Below are positions 44,503 to 53,887 of a stretch of 64,000 nt of DNA, one piece after another. Numbering within the stretch: position 1 is the stretch's first letter; each line of letters opens with the position of its first letter. Made by a program: the position numbers and the translations under genes. The notes under the pieces are model-generated. The model had not been told where the DNA came from and did not search any database. It saw nothing but the letters and a program-made list of their open reading frames with translations. The stretch lies in the IMG/VR virus record IMGVR_UViG_3300042451_000960; one strand, 5' to 3'. Source of the stretch: a virus (taxonomy: Duplodnaviria; Caudoviricetes).

Positions 44503-44533
44503 AAAAAAGGGAGTGATTTCTCACCCCCTTTTT
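44503..44533 (-). terminator. Intrinsic terminator after the major capsid gene
   Basis: Minus strand GGGGGTGA-GAAA-TCACTCCC-TTTTTT: 8-bp stem with one G.U pair, GNRA loop, U-tract. Confidence 0.85.
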
Positions 44534-44566
44534 ATTATTGAATCATTACGTTAGATTCGATAAAGA

Positions 44567-46252
44567 TTAGATATTAGCTAAATCTTTAATCAAGATCTTA
44601 CCATAGAATTCTGGTCTTACCATCTTCTTAGCGTAACGAGTCATAACTCCTCTACGTGGAGTGAAGTTTTGTGGGTCGTACACTAATGGAGTCATAATCA
44701 ATGGTACATATGGAGCGTAAACAGCACCAGTCTCAAGGAAGTTATTTCCTCTGAAGCCCATTAAGATTTCGTTAGAAGTCATATATGGGTTTTTGTACAC
44801 AGTGAATCTGTTACTCATAGAACCTACTGCAGTTACACCAGCTGCAAATTGCATTGCATCTTTATCAGCGTTAACTGTGAATCCAGGAATTGATTCTAAG
44901 ATAGTACATACATCAGGAGATGCTACTACAAAGTTAGCACCACCACGAAGTGTTAATTGATGAATTTTGTTAGAAACTTTGTTCAACTTAACACCTAAAG
45001 TCTGATACCAAGAATTCTTAGTATAGTAAGTGTTTGCACCAGAAGGTACTGAAGAACCCCATGCAGCTTGTCCAGTTGCACCGTTGTTCAAATATTCTTC
45101 ACCAATTGTTGCTGACCAGTACTCAGTTGTTAAAGCGTTTGATTTTAACATATCTAAGATTTCTAAATCAATCTCTAAAGAGATATAATCAGATAACATA
45201 GAAGTTAATTCAGCTTCAGCATCTATTGAGTGGTAAGCGTTAAGGTCTTGTGCTAACTCTGGAGTCCACACAGCCTTTAATTTACGAGTTTTAGCAACGA
45301 TTGCTTCACTCTTTAATTCTAAGTCAATTTCAGGAATATCCAATGCAGTAGTTGTGTTACCAGCGCTATTTGCAGTTGCATCTTCGAAATCACCTCTATC
45401 GTAAGCAACTGGTTGCTCAGAATATCTTACAGTTACTGTTTCACCAGCAGTTGTAAAGAAATCTGTAGCTGCAGATGCAGATACGAATAAAGTTACGTTA
45501 TCACCAGATACAAAGTTGAACTGATGAACGTTAGAGTAAACAGCTGCGTTTCCAGCAACAACAAAAGAACGTACTGCTTCTAAATCTGCAGTTGAAGAAA
45601 TACTAGCTTTGTTAGTGGTTAATTTAATAATTTGTCCAGCTGCTGCAGATGCAGAAAGTGCTGCATCAAACCCAAGATCAGCCCATGTTGCAGATGCTGA
45701 TGTAAATCCAGCATTAACAGATGTAGCAGTTAATCTACCAGTGATTGCAGAAGATACTGCATCGTTTACAGAATATCCATAACGAGCTTCACCATAAAGA
45801 CCGTTTTGAGCTGCGTTAGTTCTACCAAAGTTAGCTGCAGAACCAGTAGCGTTAGTACCACCAAAAAGTGATTTACCACCGAATTGTGCTTCAGAACCTT
45901 GTGCAGAACCATATTTGAAGTCTAAGAAGAATACAAGACCAGAAGGAAGGTTCATTGGTTGAACACTAACGAATTCTTTCGCAGCGATTTCACCAAAGAT
46001 TCTTCTTACTAATGGTAATGCAACACCAGACCATTCTTCAGAACCTGCTGAAGTACCAGTTTGAGTAGCCTCGTCAAGCAATTGCTTAGCTTGGTTCTCT
46101 AACAACACTGCCATAGAGTGTTGCTCTCTTTCTTTTAAACCTTCAAGAAGACCAGTTTTTTCCCATTTGTTTCTCAATTGACGAGTTTCAGCAAGCATTA
46201 CTGCTTGTGGGTTTTTGCCTTCCATAAGTTTTCCTAAATCAAAATTTGCCAT
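44567..46252 (-). CDS. gp23: Major capsid protein (T4 gp23-like)
   Basis: VSVQPM..PSGLVF.LDF.Y; KTRKLKA.WT.ELAQDL.A.H.IDAEAEL; YAPYVPL...F.PR.G.MTRY. Confidence 0.97.
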   Translation of the reverse strand: MANFDLGKLMEGKNPQAVMLAETRQLRNKWEKTGLLEGLKEREQHSMAVLLENQAKQLLDEATQTGTSAGSEEWSGVALPLVRRIFGEIAAKEFVSVQPMNLPSGLVFFLDFKYGSAQGSEAQFGGKSLFGGTNATGSAANFGRTNAAQNGLYGEARYGYSVNDAVSSAITGRLTATSVNAGFTSASATWADLGFDAALSASAAAGQIIKLTTNKASISSTADLEAVRSFVVAGNAAVYSNVHQFNFVSGDNVTLFVSASAATDFFTTAGETVTVRYSEQPVAYDRGDFEDATANSAGNTTTALDIPEIDLELKSEAIVAKTRKLKAVWTPELAQDLNAYHSIDAEAELTSMLSDYISLEIDLEILDMLKSNALTTEYWSATIGEEYLNNGATGQAAWGSSVPSGANTYYTKNSWYQTLGVKLNKVSNKIHQLTLRGGANFVVASPDVCTILESIPGFTVNADKDAMQFAAGVTAVGSMSNRFTVYKNPYMTSNEILMGFRGNNFLETGAVYAPYVPLIMTPLVYDPQNFTPRRGVMTRYAKKMVRPEFYGKILIKDLANI

Positions 46253-46276
46253 TTTATTTTATTTTTTTATGGATTG

Positions 46277-47431
46277 TTATTTTACGATACCAGCTAATTG
46301 CTTAAAGCGGTTAGCTAATTCGTTTGAGCTTTCAGCGATGATTTCTTTTGCTGGAGCTGTTGTAGCTTGTGGCTTAGAAGCAAACCCTTCGGTCATTGTC
46401 TTCTTAGCTGCTACTTTTCTTTCAGTACCAGTAAACTTCATGCTTTCTGCTAAAGTTGCGTAAACCAATTTAACTTCTCTTACAGAAGAAGTTCTGTCCA
46501 AATTCTCAACAACTTTAACTTTTTGTTCGTTAGTTAAATTGTAAGAACGGAACAATTTGTTTGCGTAAAGTAATTTTGCATTTAACAAATTTACTTCGTT
46601 GATAGTGCCTTTCAAAGATTTGATAGTAGAATAAGCTTCTTTTAATTCTTCAGCCATTTTCTCTTTTTCTTCGTCATGAGCTGGTTCTTCAGCTTCTTTA
46701 ACTTCTTCTTCGTCATCACCATATCCCATTTCACGTAAGATTTCATCTAAGTCGATTTCCTCATCATCGTGAGCTGGTTCTTCAGTTGGAACTTCTTCAG
46801 CTTCAACTGCAGGTTCAGCTACTGGTTCAGCTGCTACTGGTTCTTCAACCGGTGCTTCTTCACCTTCTGCTGCTACTGGCTCATCTTCATGTGCCATTTC
46901 TTCTTCGCCTTCTTCAGCGATTTGTGCTTCTAGTTCTTTGATGATAGCTTCAAGATCCAATTCATCTTCATCAGAATCATCAGACATGTCATCCATATCC
47001 ATTTCATCTTCTTCTTTTATTGGTTCTTCTTCTTTTTCATCTTCACCTTCAGCTTCTTTCATGTCAGCTTTTTCTTCGTCATCAGACTCTTCTTCGTTAA
47101 GGCCTTTTACCTTATCGTAGTCTTCAACTTCAGAGCCAACTTCACCTGATTGCTTAGCGATTCCACTAAGGTCGGTGTCAGCATCGTTAGCTTTTGCTGC
47201 TGGTTGTTTGTTATCACCACCACCAATTTCGCTAGATACATCATTATTCTCTTCAACTTTATCTTCCACTTCTTCTTCATCAGCCATTTCTGCCTGAAGT
47301 TTCTTAGAAAGGATAGATTGTAATCTTGGAGTAAATGCTTCTTCTAGAGCGATTTTAGCATTAGCAATAGCAGTTTCACGCACAGCTTTAGCATCAGCGA
47401 TAGCTTCTTTCAAAAGTTTTGAACTTGCCAT
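46277..47431 (-). CDS. Prohead core scaffolding protein
   Basis: Highly acidic disordered centre with helical termini (LNEVNLLNAKLLY type); directly upstream of the capsid gene. Confidence 0.85.
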   Translation of the reverse strand: MASSKLLKEAIADAKAVRETAIANAKIALEEAFTPRLQSILSKKLQAEMADEEEVEDKVEENNDVSSEIGGGDNKQPAAKANDADTDLSGIAKQSGEVGSEVEDYDKVKGLNEEESDDEEKADMKEAEGEDEKEEEPIKEEDEMDMDDMSDDSDEDELDLEAIIKELEAQIAEEGEEEMAHEDEPVAAEGEEAPVEEPVAAEPVAEPAVEAEEVPTEEPAHDDEEIDLDEILREMGYGDDEEEVKEAEEPAHDEEKEKMAEELKEAYSTIKSLKGTINEVNLLNAKLLYANKLFRSYNLTNEQKVKVVENLDRTSSVREVKLVYATLAESMKFTGTERKVAAKKTMTEGFASKPQATTAPAKEIIAESSNELANRFKQLAGIVK

Positions 47432-47628
47432 TATTTTCCTTATTATTAGGATTTCTTAAGCTATTAGAATTGAAGCTTAAATAGAATTGTTTGATTGGCG
47501 TTTTGGTCACTACTCATAAAACGAGAGTATTCATTTACCAATAAAAAACGCATATAGAAATGCGTTATTGTAAGAATAAATATATAAAATTTAATGAAAA
47601 CGTAATTTTCTAAAGAAATTTTTAGAAA
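47432..47628 (-). promoter_or_regulatory. ~200-nt structured leader upstream of scaffold/capsid genes
   Basis: ATATTTATT promoter variant at 47575..47583. Hairpins AACGCAT/ATGCGTT (47547..47566, with U-run), TACTC/GAGTA and TTAAGCT/AGCTTAA. Confidence 0.5.
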
Positions 47629-48468
47629 TTATTTACAACCACAGCCTTCTTCTAATTCAGCATCAGCGTAAATGTTACTAACTACATAGTCCATTTCTGA
47701 TTCTAATTTTTCTTTTGCTGCGTTAAGTTTTTTAAGATTAACAACGTATTGTTTTGCTTTTGGTGTACCTTTTACTGATTTGTATTTTTCTAATTCAGAT
47801 GCAATTGCTGCAATTACTTTTGTAAAATCTTTTTGTATAGCTCCTACACTTCTTGCTTCGCTCATTACCGATTCGGGTACACAATTTGGAACTTCTTTAC
47901 CATTTTTGTTTTTCATTCCAACTTGCTTATATCCTTTCCAACAAGGTGATGCTTCATTTACTTCTCTTATTTTATCACCCACCATTCTACCTTTCCAAAA
48001 ATTAAGAATACCCATATTAACCGCAATACCTTTTTTAATTGCTTCTCTTTGTTTTGAATCTTTTGTTACATTCAATCTAGCCATTAAATCTTTAATGGTT
48101 TTTTCCATATTTTTAACTAAATCCATATCACTTGCTTCAGTTACTACACTTTCATTTGAATCACCATATTCGTGGTAATTAGAAGCAGCTTGAGAAATAT
48201 AGTTTTCAGAATTAGTGATGTGGTCTTGAATCCAAGCAGGAATTTGCTTTTCTTCTTCACCCATTTTTTGTTTTAATTCAGTTGCATGTTTGATAATAGA
48301 ACCTAACTGATTTTGTGCCATAGAAACTTCGTGGTCTTCTGATTCTTCCCCTTCATTTACAGGTTTAAATGCAGATGCAAATGGATTAGAATAAACCTTT
48401 CCATATTCAAATTTCTTACCACCCATAGTGAAAGAACCATTTCCAGCTAAATCAGTTAAACGAATCAT
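47629..48468 (-). CDS. Modular putative internal head protein
   Basis: MIRLTDL start. Short modules (HEVSMA..QL..I...A.EL; CWKGY....KNGKEVPNCVP) separated by VNE/VTE/MSE linkers. Confidence 0.7.
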   Translation of the reverse strand: MIRLTDLAGNGSFTMGGKKFEYGKVYSNPFASAFKPVNEGEESEDHEVSMAQNQLGSIIKHATELKQKMGEEEKQIPAWIQDHITNSENYISQAASNYHEYGDSNESVVTEASDMDLVKNMEKTIKDLMARLNVTKDSKQREAIKKGIAVNMGILNFWKGRMVGDKIREVNEASPCWKGYKQVGMKNKNGKEVPNCVPESVMSEARSVGAIQKDFTKVIAAIASELEKYKSVKGTPKAKQYVVNLKKLNAAKEKLESEMDYVVSNIYADAELEEGCGCK

Positions 48469-48470
48469 TC

Positions 48471-49028
48471 TTATTTCTTTTTCATTGCAAGTCTTTCTCT
48501 CATTACATCAGTTGGGATGTCAGAGATTTCATAGTAACGATTTAGGATGTGACCCATATCTTCATATAAAGCATGTAATCTTTCATCCATTGCTTTTGCT
48601 TCTACTGAGAATTTATCAAATTGCTTACCCAATTTATCCAACTCACTCATATTTCTTTTTACAGTTTGAGCATCGAACCAATCGTTAGCTTCTCTTAATG
48701 ATAATTCTTTTGCAGCCTCTACAATAGCACCCAATGTTTCAGAAACTTCAGTCATATCTGAGTTACGTTTCATTTGGTCTTGGAAAGTATTGTAAGTAGA
48801 GATAATTTCTAAGAAGTGCTTTTTTACTTCTAAAGAAAGTTTTCTATCAGGTGATTCCAAATTCTCTTTAATAGAAAATTTACCATCCTTAATCTTTACT
48901 TCAGTTAAAGCAGTTTTACGAATATCGTTGTATCCTTTAGCTACTTTAGTTACGTGCTTTGGTTCTTCAACTTTCAATTTGAATTTGTTGTTGTGAACGT
49001 AGCTGTATATATCAAAATTCTTGCTCAT
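48471..49028 (-). CDS. Hypothetical prohead/core protein
   Basis: Helical, Lys/Glu-rich; between protease and scaffold; LTE and IKE motifs. Confidence 0.7.
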   Translation of the reverse strand: MSKNFDIYSYVHNNKFKLKVEEPKHVTKVAKGYNDIRKTALTEVKIKDGKFSIKENLESPDRKLSLEVKKHFLEIISTYNTFQDQMKRNSDMTEVSETLGAIVEAAKELSLREANDWFDAQTVKRNMSELDKLGKQFDKFSVEAKAMDERLHALYEDMGHILNRYYEISDIPTDVMRERLAMKKK

Positions 49029-49029
49029 T

Positions 49030-49623
49030 TTATGCTATTTCAGTTATTATTTCTCTCATTAAATCCTGTGCCTTGCAGTATTCACCACACACATCAGTAC
49101 CAATTTGTTTTAGTGGATTTACGGACTCATTCATTGGGACCATAAATGCACCATGTGTAGATGGATTGGATACAAAATCCCAACCAATCAATTCAAAATC
49201 TTCTTGTACTTCTACTTTGTTTCCACTCATAGGTCTAGTTGAACCCATTCCTCTTGATGAAATACCCAATAGAATACCAGCTTTTAGTAACTCTTTAAGA
49301 ATGTTACCGGATGGTGTTGATAGAATCTCAACCGTTCCACATAAGTCATCACCTTCCCACCAAATTTCTTTGATATTGTGAGAAACATTTTTTAAATTGA
49401 TAACAGTTGAATCTGGATGGTCTAATTCACCTAAAGCTCTACGCTCTTTAATAAATGTTAAATATTTCTTAGCTTCTCTTTCTAAGATTGGTTTCGGATA
49501 TATTCTGCCATTTTGATTTTCCGCACCAGCTCTTTGTAAGACACCTTTTACTAAGGTTCTACCCCCCTCATCTTCTTTTACTTTACCTTCAAATAAATGT
49601 GTTTCTATTAAAAGTGCTTTCAT
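49030..49623 (-). CDS. gp21: Prohead protease (T4 gp21-like)
   Basis: NQNGRIYP, ALGELDHP (catalytic His), LGISSRGMG (catalytic Ser), D.VS.PST.GA. Likely start MKALLIE at 49623. Confidence 0.95.
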   Translation of the reverse strand: MKALLIETHLFEGKVKEDEGGRTLVKGVLQRAGAENQNGRIYPKPILEREAKKYLTFIKERRALGELDHPDSTVINLKNVSHNIKEIWWEGDDLCGTVEILSTPSGNILKELLKAGILLGISSRGMGSTRPMSGNKVEVQEDFELIGWDFVSNPSTHGAFMVPMNESVNPLKQIGTDVCGEYCKAQDLMREIITEIA

Positions 49624-49624
49624 A

Positions 49625-49993
49625 TTACTTTTTTTCTCCTTTTGAATTCCAAGCTGTATCAATTTTGTTGAAGAATGCTTTTTTCTCATCATCACTCATT
49701 GAGGTGATAGATTTGCCAGCTTTTTCTAATGCTTTTTTAAAGAAAGCTTGATATTCAGATTCTTCCTTTAAAACTTCTTTAACTATTTCTTTTAATCTAC
49801 TTTTTGAGATTTTCATATTTTCTTTTTTATTAGGTAATCCTTTATGTGATGTTGAAGCAAAATCTTTAGCAGATTTTTTACTCATTGAGTCTGCTGCTTT
49901 TTCAACTTCTTTAGATGGTGCTTCCATGTCTCCTTTTTGTACTGCATGTACCATACCCATAAATCGTTGTTGTGCTTTAGATTGTGCTGGCAT
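49625..49993 (-). CDS. Two-module small head-region protein (N-terminus DUF3008-like)
   Basis: MPAQSKAQQRFMGMV...AK.FAST.HKGLP module fused to MKISKSRLKEIVKEVLKEE module. Confidence 0.7.
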   Translation of the reverse strand: MPAQSKAQQRFMGMVHAVQKGDMEAPSKEVEKAADSMSKKSAKDFASTSHKGLPNKKENMKISKSRLKEIVKEVLKEESEYQAFFKKALEKAGKSITSMSDDEKKAFFNKIDTAWNSKGEKK

Positions 49994-49994
49994 A

Positions 49995-50660
49995 TTATAA
50001 AGTTCTTAATTTTTCAGTTATTCCCATTAACCTTTCTCTGATTTTATAAAGAGATGCGTTTGTTCTTTTCCAGTAATCTTCTTTCTTAAGTCCATTTTCA
50101 GTCTTAATTTTAGAATACCAATTAACAAACTTCTCTATTTCAGAAAGTTGTTTGTGTATATTAGAAACACCTCTACCAACTTTTGATTTTGGTGAAGATT
50201 CTTCTCTTTTTAATTCTAACCATCTATTTTCCGCAACAATCATACCGCTAATATCTGCAACTTTAGCTTTATCAACTTCTTTTGCAGCTGTTGGTTTCAT
50301 TGGAAGTGCTTCATCTTTACTAGCCGGCACATCACCTAATGCCCAATCTTTTTCACCTTCACCAACAATAGTAGCTCCGGATAATTTAGCTAATTTTGCG
50401 TTTTTACCAGCAACTTCAGATGGTTTTGAAAATGGTGCACCAGCACTACTTGTCAAACCTTCTTCCAAATCATCAACAACAGTACCACCTGCAATTGCAG
50501 CTAATCTTTTATTTTTCTTTGCAGTTTGACCAGGCTTTGAAAATGCCGCTGGGGTATTATATCCAGCCACATTACCTGTTACTGACATTTCATCCAAAGT
50601 TTTTTGAATGTTTCTTTCTCTAACGTATTTACGAATAGCCTCTTTTAATCTTGCTTCCAT
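49995..50660 (-). CDS. Hypothetical prohead protein
   Basis: RLKE..R..V.E start; internal PAAFSKP..LAAIAGGTVV / APFSKP..LAKLSGATIV duplication; helical C-terminus. Confidence 0.75.
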   Translation of the reverse strand: MEARLKEAIRKYVRERNIQKTLDEMSVTGNVAGYNTPAAFSKPGQTAKKNKRLAAIAGGTVVDDLEEGLTSSAGAPFSKPSEVAGKNAKLAKLSGATIVGEGEKDWALGDVPASKDEALPMKPTAAKEVDKAKVADISGMIVAENRWLELKREESSPKSKVGRGVSNIHKQLSEIEKFVNWYSKIKTENGLKKEDYWKRTNASLYKIRERLMGITEKLRTL

Positions 50661-51529
50661 TATTTTACTTTAGATTTAAGTTCCTTAATTAGCTCATAAG
50701 AAAGCATAATTGATGAAACTTGAGAATCAGATACAGTCTTTCCAATTTTCATTTTTTCTAAAACGGAAATAGTTTCTGATAGTTTGATTTGCGTAACTTT
50801 ATCTTTTAATTTTGATTTAATACCATTTAATTCAGAAATAATATTTGGCAATTCTTGTCCAACGTAATCTTTAAATTTCGTAGTATTAGTGATATTGTTT
50901 ATATATTCTTTCAACAAATTCTTTTGAGAATCATCTAAATTTGTATATTTTTTGTTGAAAGTTTCTACTAAAATCTTATAAGTAAGTAATCTAAGGTCTT
51001 TGTCTTGTTGTTTATAGGATTCAATCAACTTTTTATCTTCAGCTGGTTGGATTTGTTGAGCGGGCTTTGATGTAATGTTTTCGATTAGGGTAATCTTAGA
51101 ATTAAAAATATCTTTAATATCATATACATCTGCTCTCTTAGATTCAAATACTTTATATATAGATGCTAGAACTTTATAGTTAGAAATAGGGGATGATAAA
51201 AATTGTTCAATTTCAAATTTTGCTGAAATTTCTTTAATAAGGTTAAATTTCTCTTTAGAAAGTATCGATTGATTTAATTTAGCGTGTGCATCACATACTG
51301 TTTCTACCAATCTATCTGCTTTTGTTTCGGAATTATATTTTTCCTTTAACAATATGTCATATAGACGTAATTCTTTGTTTAATTCCGTATTTGGAGCAAA
51401 GAACTCTGCTACAATTCTTTTTGCGTTTTCAGATTTATCGCCATTAAGAATTTCAAGCGTTATTTGTCTTACTAAAAGCTCAAATAACACTCCAGTATTC
51501 TTAAACTTTGAGTGTTTAATTTTTTTCAT
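50660..51529 (-). CDS. Conserved hypothetical protein downstream of portal
   Basis: MKKIKHSK.KNTG.LFELLVRQIT start; all-helical; ATATTTATA upstream at 51570..51578. Confidence 0.8.
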   Translation of the reverse strand: MKKIKHSKFKNTGVLFELLVRQITLEILNGDKSENAKRIVAEFFAPNTELNKELRLYDILLKEKYNSETKADRLVETVCDAHAKLNQSILSKEKFNLIKEISAKFEIEQFLSSPISNYKVLASIYKVFESKRADVYDIKDIFNSKITLIENITSKPAQQIQPAEDKKLIESYKQQDKDLRLLTYKILVETFNKKYTNLDDSQKNLLKEYINNITNTTKFKDYVGQELPNIISELNGIKSKLKDKVTQIKLSETISVLEKMKIGKTVSDSQVSSIMLSYELIKELKSKVK

Positions 51530-51595
51530 TTACTTACCCTATATTTATTCTACCCTATAAACTAACACATATAAATATAAACAAATTTTTCTTTA

Positions 51596-53380
51596 TTAAA
51601 TTTTAGTTTCATCTAACAGGTTTTTTTCATCTAACATACCCGATTTTTGGGATTTTTCGTTTAAAACCTTCTTTTTTGATGAAATTCCGTTTATATATTC
51701 ACGTGCAAGCTTTTTAGCGTTTGTGTTTAATGTTCTATCATCTCTCTTTCGTTCCTTATGATTTTCCTTATCTCCCAATGGGTCTCTACCATATGGGTGC
51801 TTATCTTTACCATAAGTGTTTCCTTCTTTAGGTCTACCAACTCCCCTATTTAATTCAATTTCAGTTTTTAATTTACTGATTTCTTCTTCCACATTTTGTT
51901 GTTGTGGTGGGTTTGCTGGGTCTTGTCCTTGTTGTTCTATTGATGTATGTCTGAATCTATCTTTTAGGTCTAAGATTACTTTTGCTCTTTCAATATCTAT
52001 TTCATCTTGCGATAACCCAAATATATTATGATAAGACCAATCAGATGATAACATATTAAGTGCTTTTGCATCAGATGCTAATCTTACTTTTTCAGACCAT
52101 AAATTAACCTTTTCTTGCTCATAGATTGTAGAAGCGTTTGTGAGTGTTAATTCAAAATTTGTCATTTCTGAATCATCAATACCATTTGCTGCTAAGTGAA
52201 CTACTGCAATTTTTGCCAATTCACTAACAACTGTACGTTGGATTCTTTCAATAGTTCTTGCAAAACGAACATCTTCTGCAGCCAATGTAGCTTTACCATT
52301 AACATTTTCATCATAAGATAAGTAAGCCTTTGGTACTCTTAGAGCTGCAAATAATTTATTCTTTAAGTAATCAATATCTTCAATTGCTGCATATTCTAAA
52401 CCTTGCAGATTATCAATAGTTGTACCACTATCACTACCACGAACAGGTAGGAAAAAATCTTCAGTAAGGTTTTGGATATTGTATTTTAAGTTATAATCGC
52501 CAGTATTTTTATCAACAAATGGAGTTTTCTTCATTTTGTTAATAATCTTTTGCATATAGTTATCTACCTCTTGCGGTGGAATGTTACCAATATCAATTTT
52601 GAATACTCTCTTTTCAGGTGCTCTCATAATACGATGAATTAACATCGCATCTTCCATAAGAGATAATTGTTTCCAAATTCTTCTTGCACCTTCAACCATT
52701 GATTTGCCATAAGGTAAAAAGTTAGTGTCTGATAGCATTCTGAAGTGAGCCATTTCGTATTGCTCATATTCCTTTTTACCAAATCTGTCCAATTCCACCT
52801 TATACTTAACATAATCAGGATTATTTGGGTCAGTACCTTCTAATCTCTCTACGTTATAAGTTGAGTGTGGTGCTACGTTGATAATACCTTTACCAGGCAT
52901 AATTTCTAATGCTAAGAAAGCATCACCATATTTTACTAAGTTTCTAATCCAAGGCCATAAGTTAAATTCCACATTCATTATATCATAGAATAGATTGTGA
53001 AGCATTTCTCTTACGTTCTCATTCGTTGATTTAATTTGAAGAACATCACCATATTCATTCTTGGTTGTGGATTCATCTGCATATATGTCTAATGCTGAAC
53101 CTATAATCGGGTCCATATCCATAGCATCATAATCTCTAAAAAGTTCTCTACGAACTTGGTGATATGCCATTGATTGAGCACCTTGATGTGTTTCGAAGTA
53201 AGACCTTTGAAGTTTTGTGTACCTATCTCTTAGGTTTACAAAGTTTGTATTCAGCTGTCTATCTTCAACGTCAACTACTCTACGTTTACCTTCTTTATCA
53301 ACGGTTACGATTGCATTAGTTGAGAATAGTTTTTTAAGTCTCCCAAAGAAACTCCTATCGTCTTGGAATTGTTCTGCCAT
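51596..53380 (-). CDS. gp20: Portal protein (T4 gp20-like)
   Basis: W.QL.LMEDAMLI.RI.RAPE.RVF.ID.GN.P; EDFFLP.RG...GT.I..L.G; DI.Y.K.KL..AL.VP. Confidence 0.97.
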   Translation of the reverse strand: MAEQFQDDRSFFGRLKKLFSTNAIVTVDKEGKRRVVDVEDRQLNTNFVNLRDRYTKLQRSYFETHQGAQSMAYHQVRRELFRDYDAMDMDPIIGSALDIYADESTTKNEYGDVLQIKSTNENVREMLHNLFYDIMNVEFNLWPWIRNLVKYGDAFLALEIMPGKGIINVAPHSTYNVERLEGTDPNNPDYVKYKVELDRFGKKEYEQYEMAHFRMLSDTNFLPYGKSMVEGARRIWKQLSLMEDAMLIHRIMRAPEKRVFKIDIGNIPPQEVDNYMQKIINKMKKTPFVDKNTGDYNLKYNIQNLTEDFFLPVRGSDSGTTIDNLQGLEYAAIEDIDYLKNKLFAALRVPKAYLSYDENVNGKATLAAEDVRFARTIERIQRTVVSELAKIAVVHLAANGIDDSEMTNFELTLTNASTIYEQEKVNLWSEKVRLASDAKALNMLSSDWSYHNIFGLSQDEIDIERAKVILDLKDRFRHTSIEQQGQDPANPPQQQNVEEEISKLKTEIELNRGVGRPKEGNTYGKDKHPYGRDPLGDKENHKERKRDDRTLNTNAKKLAREYINGISSKKKVLNEKSQKSGMLDEKNLLDETKI

Positions 53381-53388
53381 AATTTATT

Positions 53389-53826
53389 TTACCATTTTCT
53401 ACAAGACCAATATCTTGCTTTTGTTCTTGGACCAGGATTATCACAATTGTGTCTTGCTCTGAAGGATTTTCTTCTATCAGGATTAGACTTCTTAATTCTC
53501 ATTGTTTTATCTCCAAAGTTTACCTTAACTACTTTACCTGTTTTAGGATTCTTAACATAAACTTTAAACTTTTTAACATCACCTTGCATTGGTTTACCTA
53601 ACTTTACTTCTCTACCCTGATATTCTGCCTCGTAAACACAATTACAATTAGCTTCATCTAACGATTGTGAGTAAGATTTAAGATAATTTATAAAATCATC
53701 CATATCTTCTTGCTCAACATCCAATTCATCATAATCATCAATTGGGTTATCGGCTGGTTGGTCTCCCTTAGAATATGCTTTATTTACATATTCATCTTCT
53801 TTTAGGATATTTGTTAATTTAATCAT
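53389..53826 (-). CDS. Conserved T4-like phage protein, putative internal head protein
   Basis: MIKLTNILKE start; AEYQGR.V.L.KP...KKFKVYV...VNFG...RRKSFRARHNC...ARYWSC motif. Confidence 0.8.
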   Translation of the reverse strand: MIKLTNILKEDEYVNKAYSKGDQPADNPIDDYDELDVEQEDMDDFINYLKSYSQSLDEANCNCVYEAEYQGREVKLGKPMQGDVKKFKVYVKNPKTGKVVKVNFGDKTMRIKKSNPDRRKSFRARHNCDNPGPRTKARYWSCRKW

Positions 53827-53887
53827 TTTAGTCTCCTTTTATTTTGACATATACCATAAATATCGGAAAATATCAAAACACTATAAT

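Noticed and set aside
49624-49695. Track-extended starts (protease MMMRKK at 49695; chaperone MEIIM at 14821; TTG at 63722)
   Set aside because: The first two overlap upstream genes and have better ATGs just after the upstream stops (49623, 14809). The third lies inside a frame that is open to the window edge.
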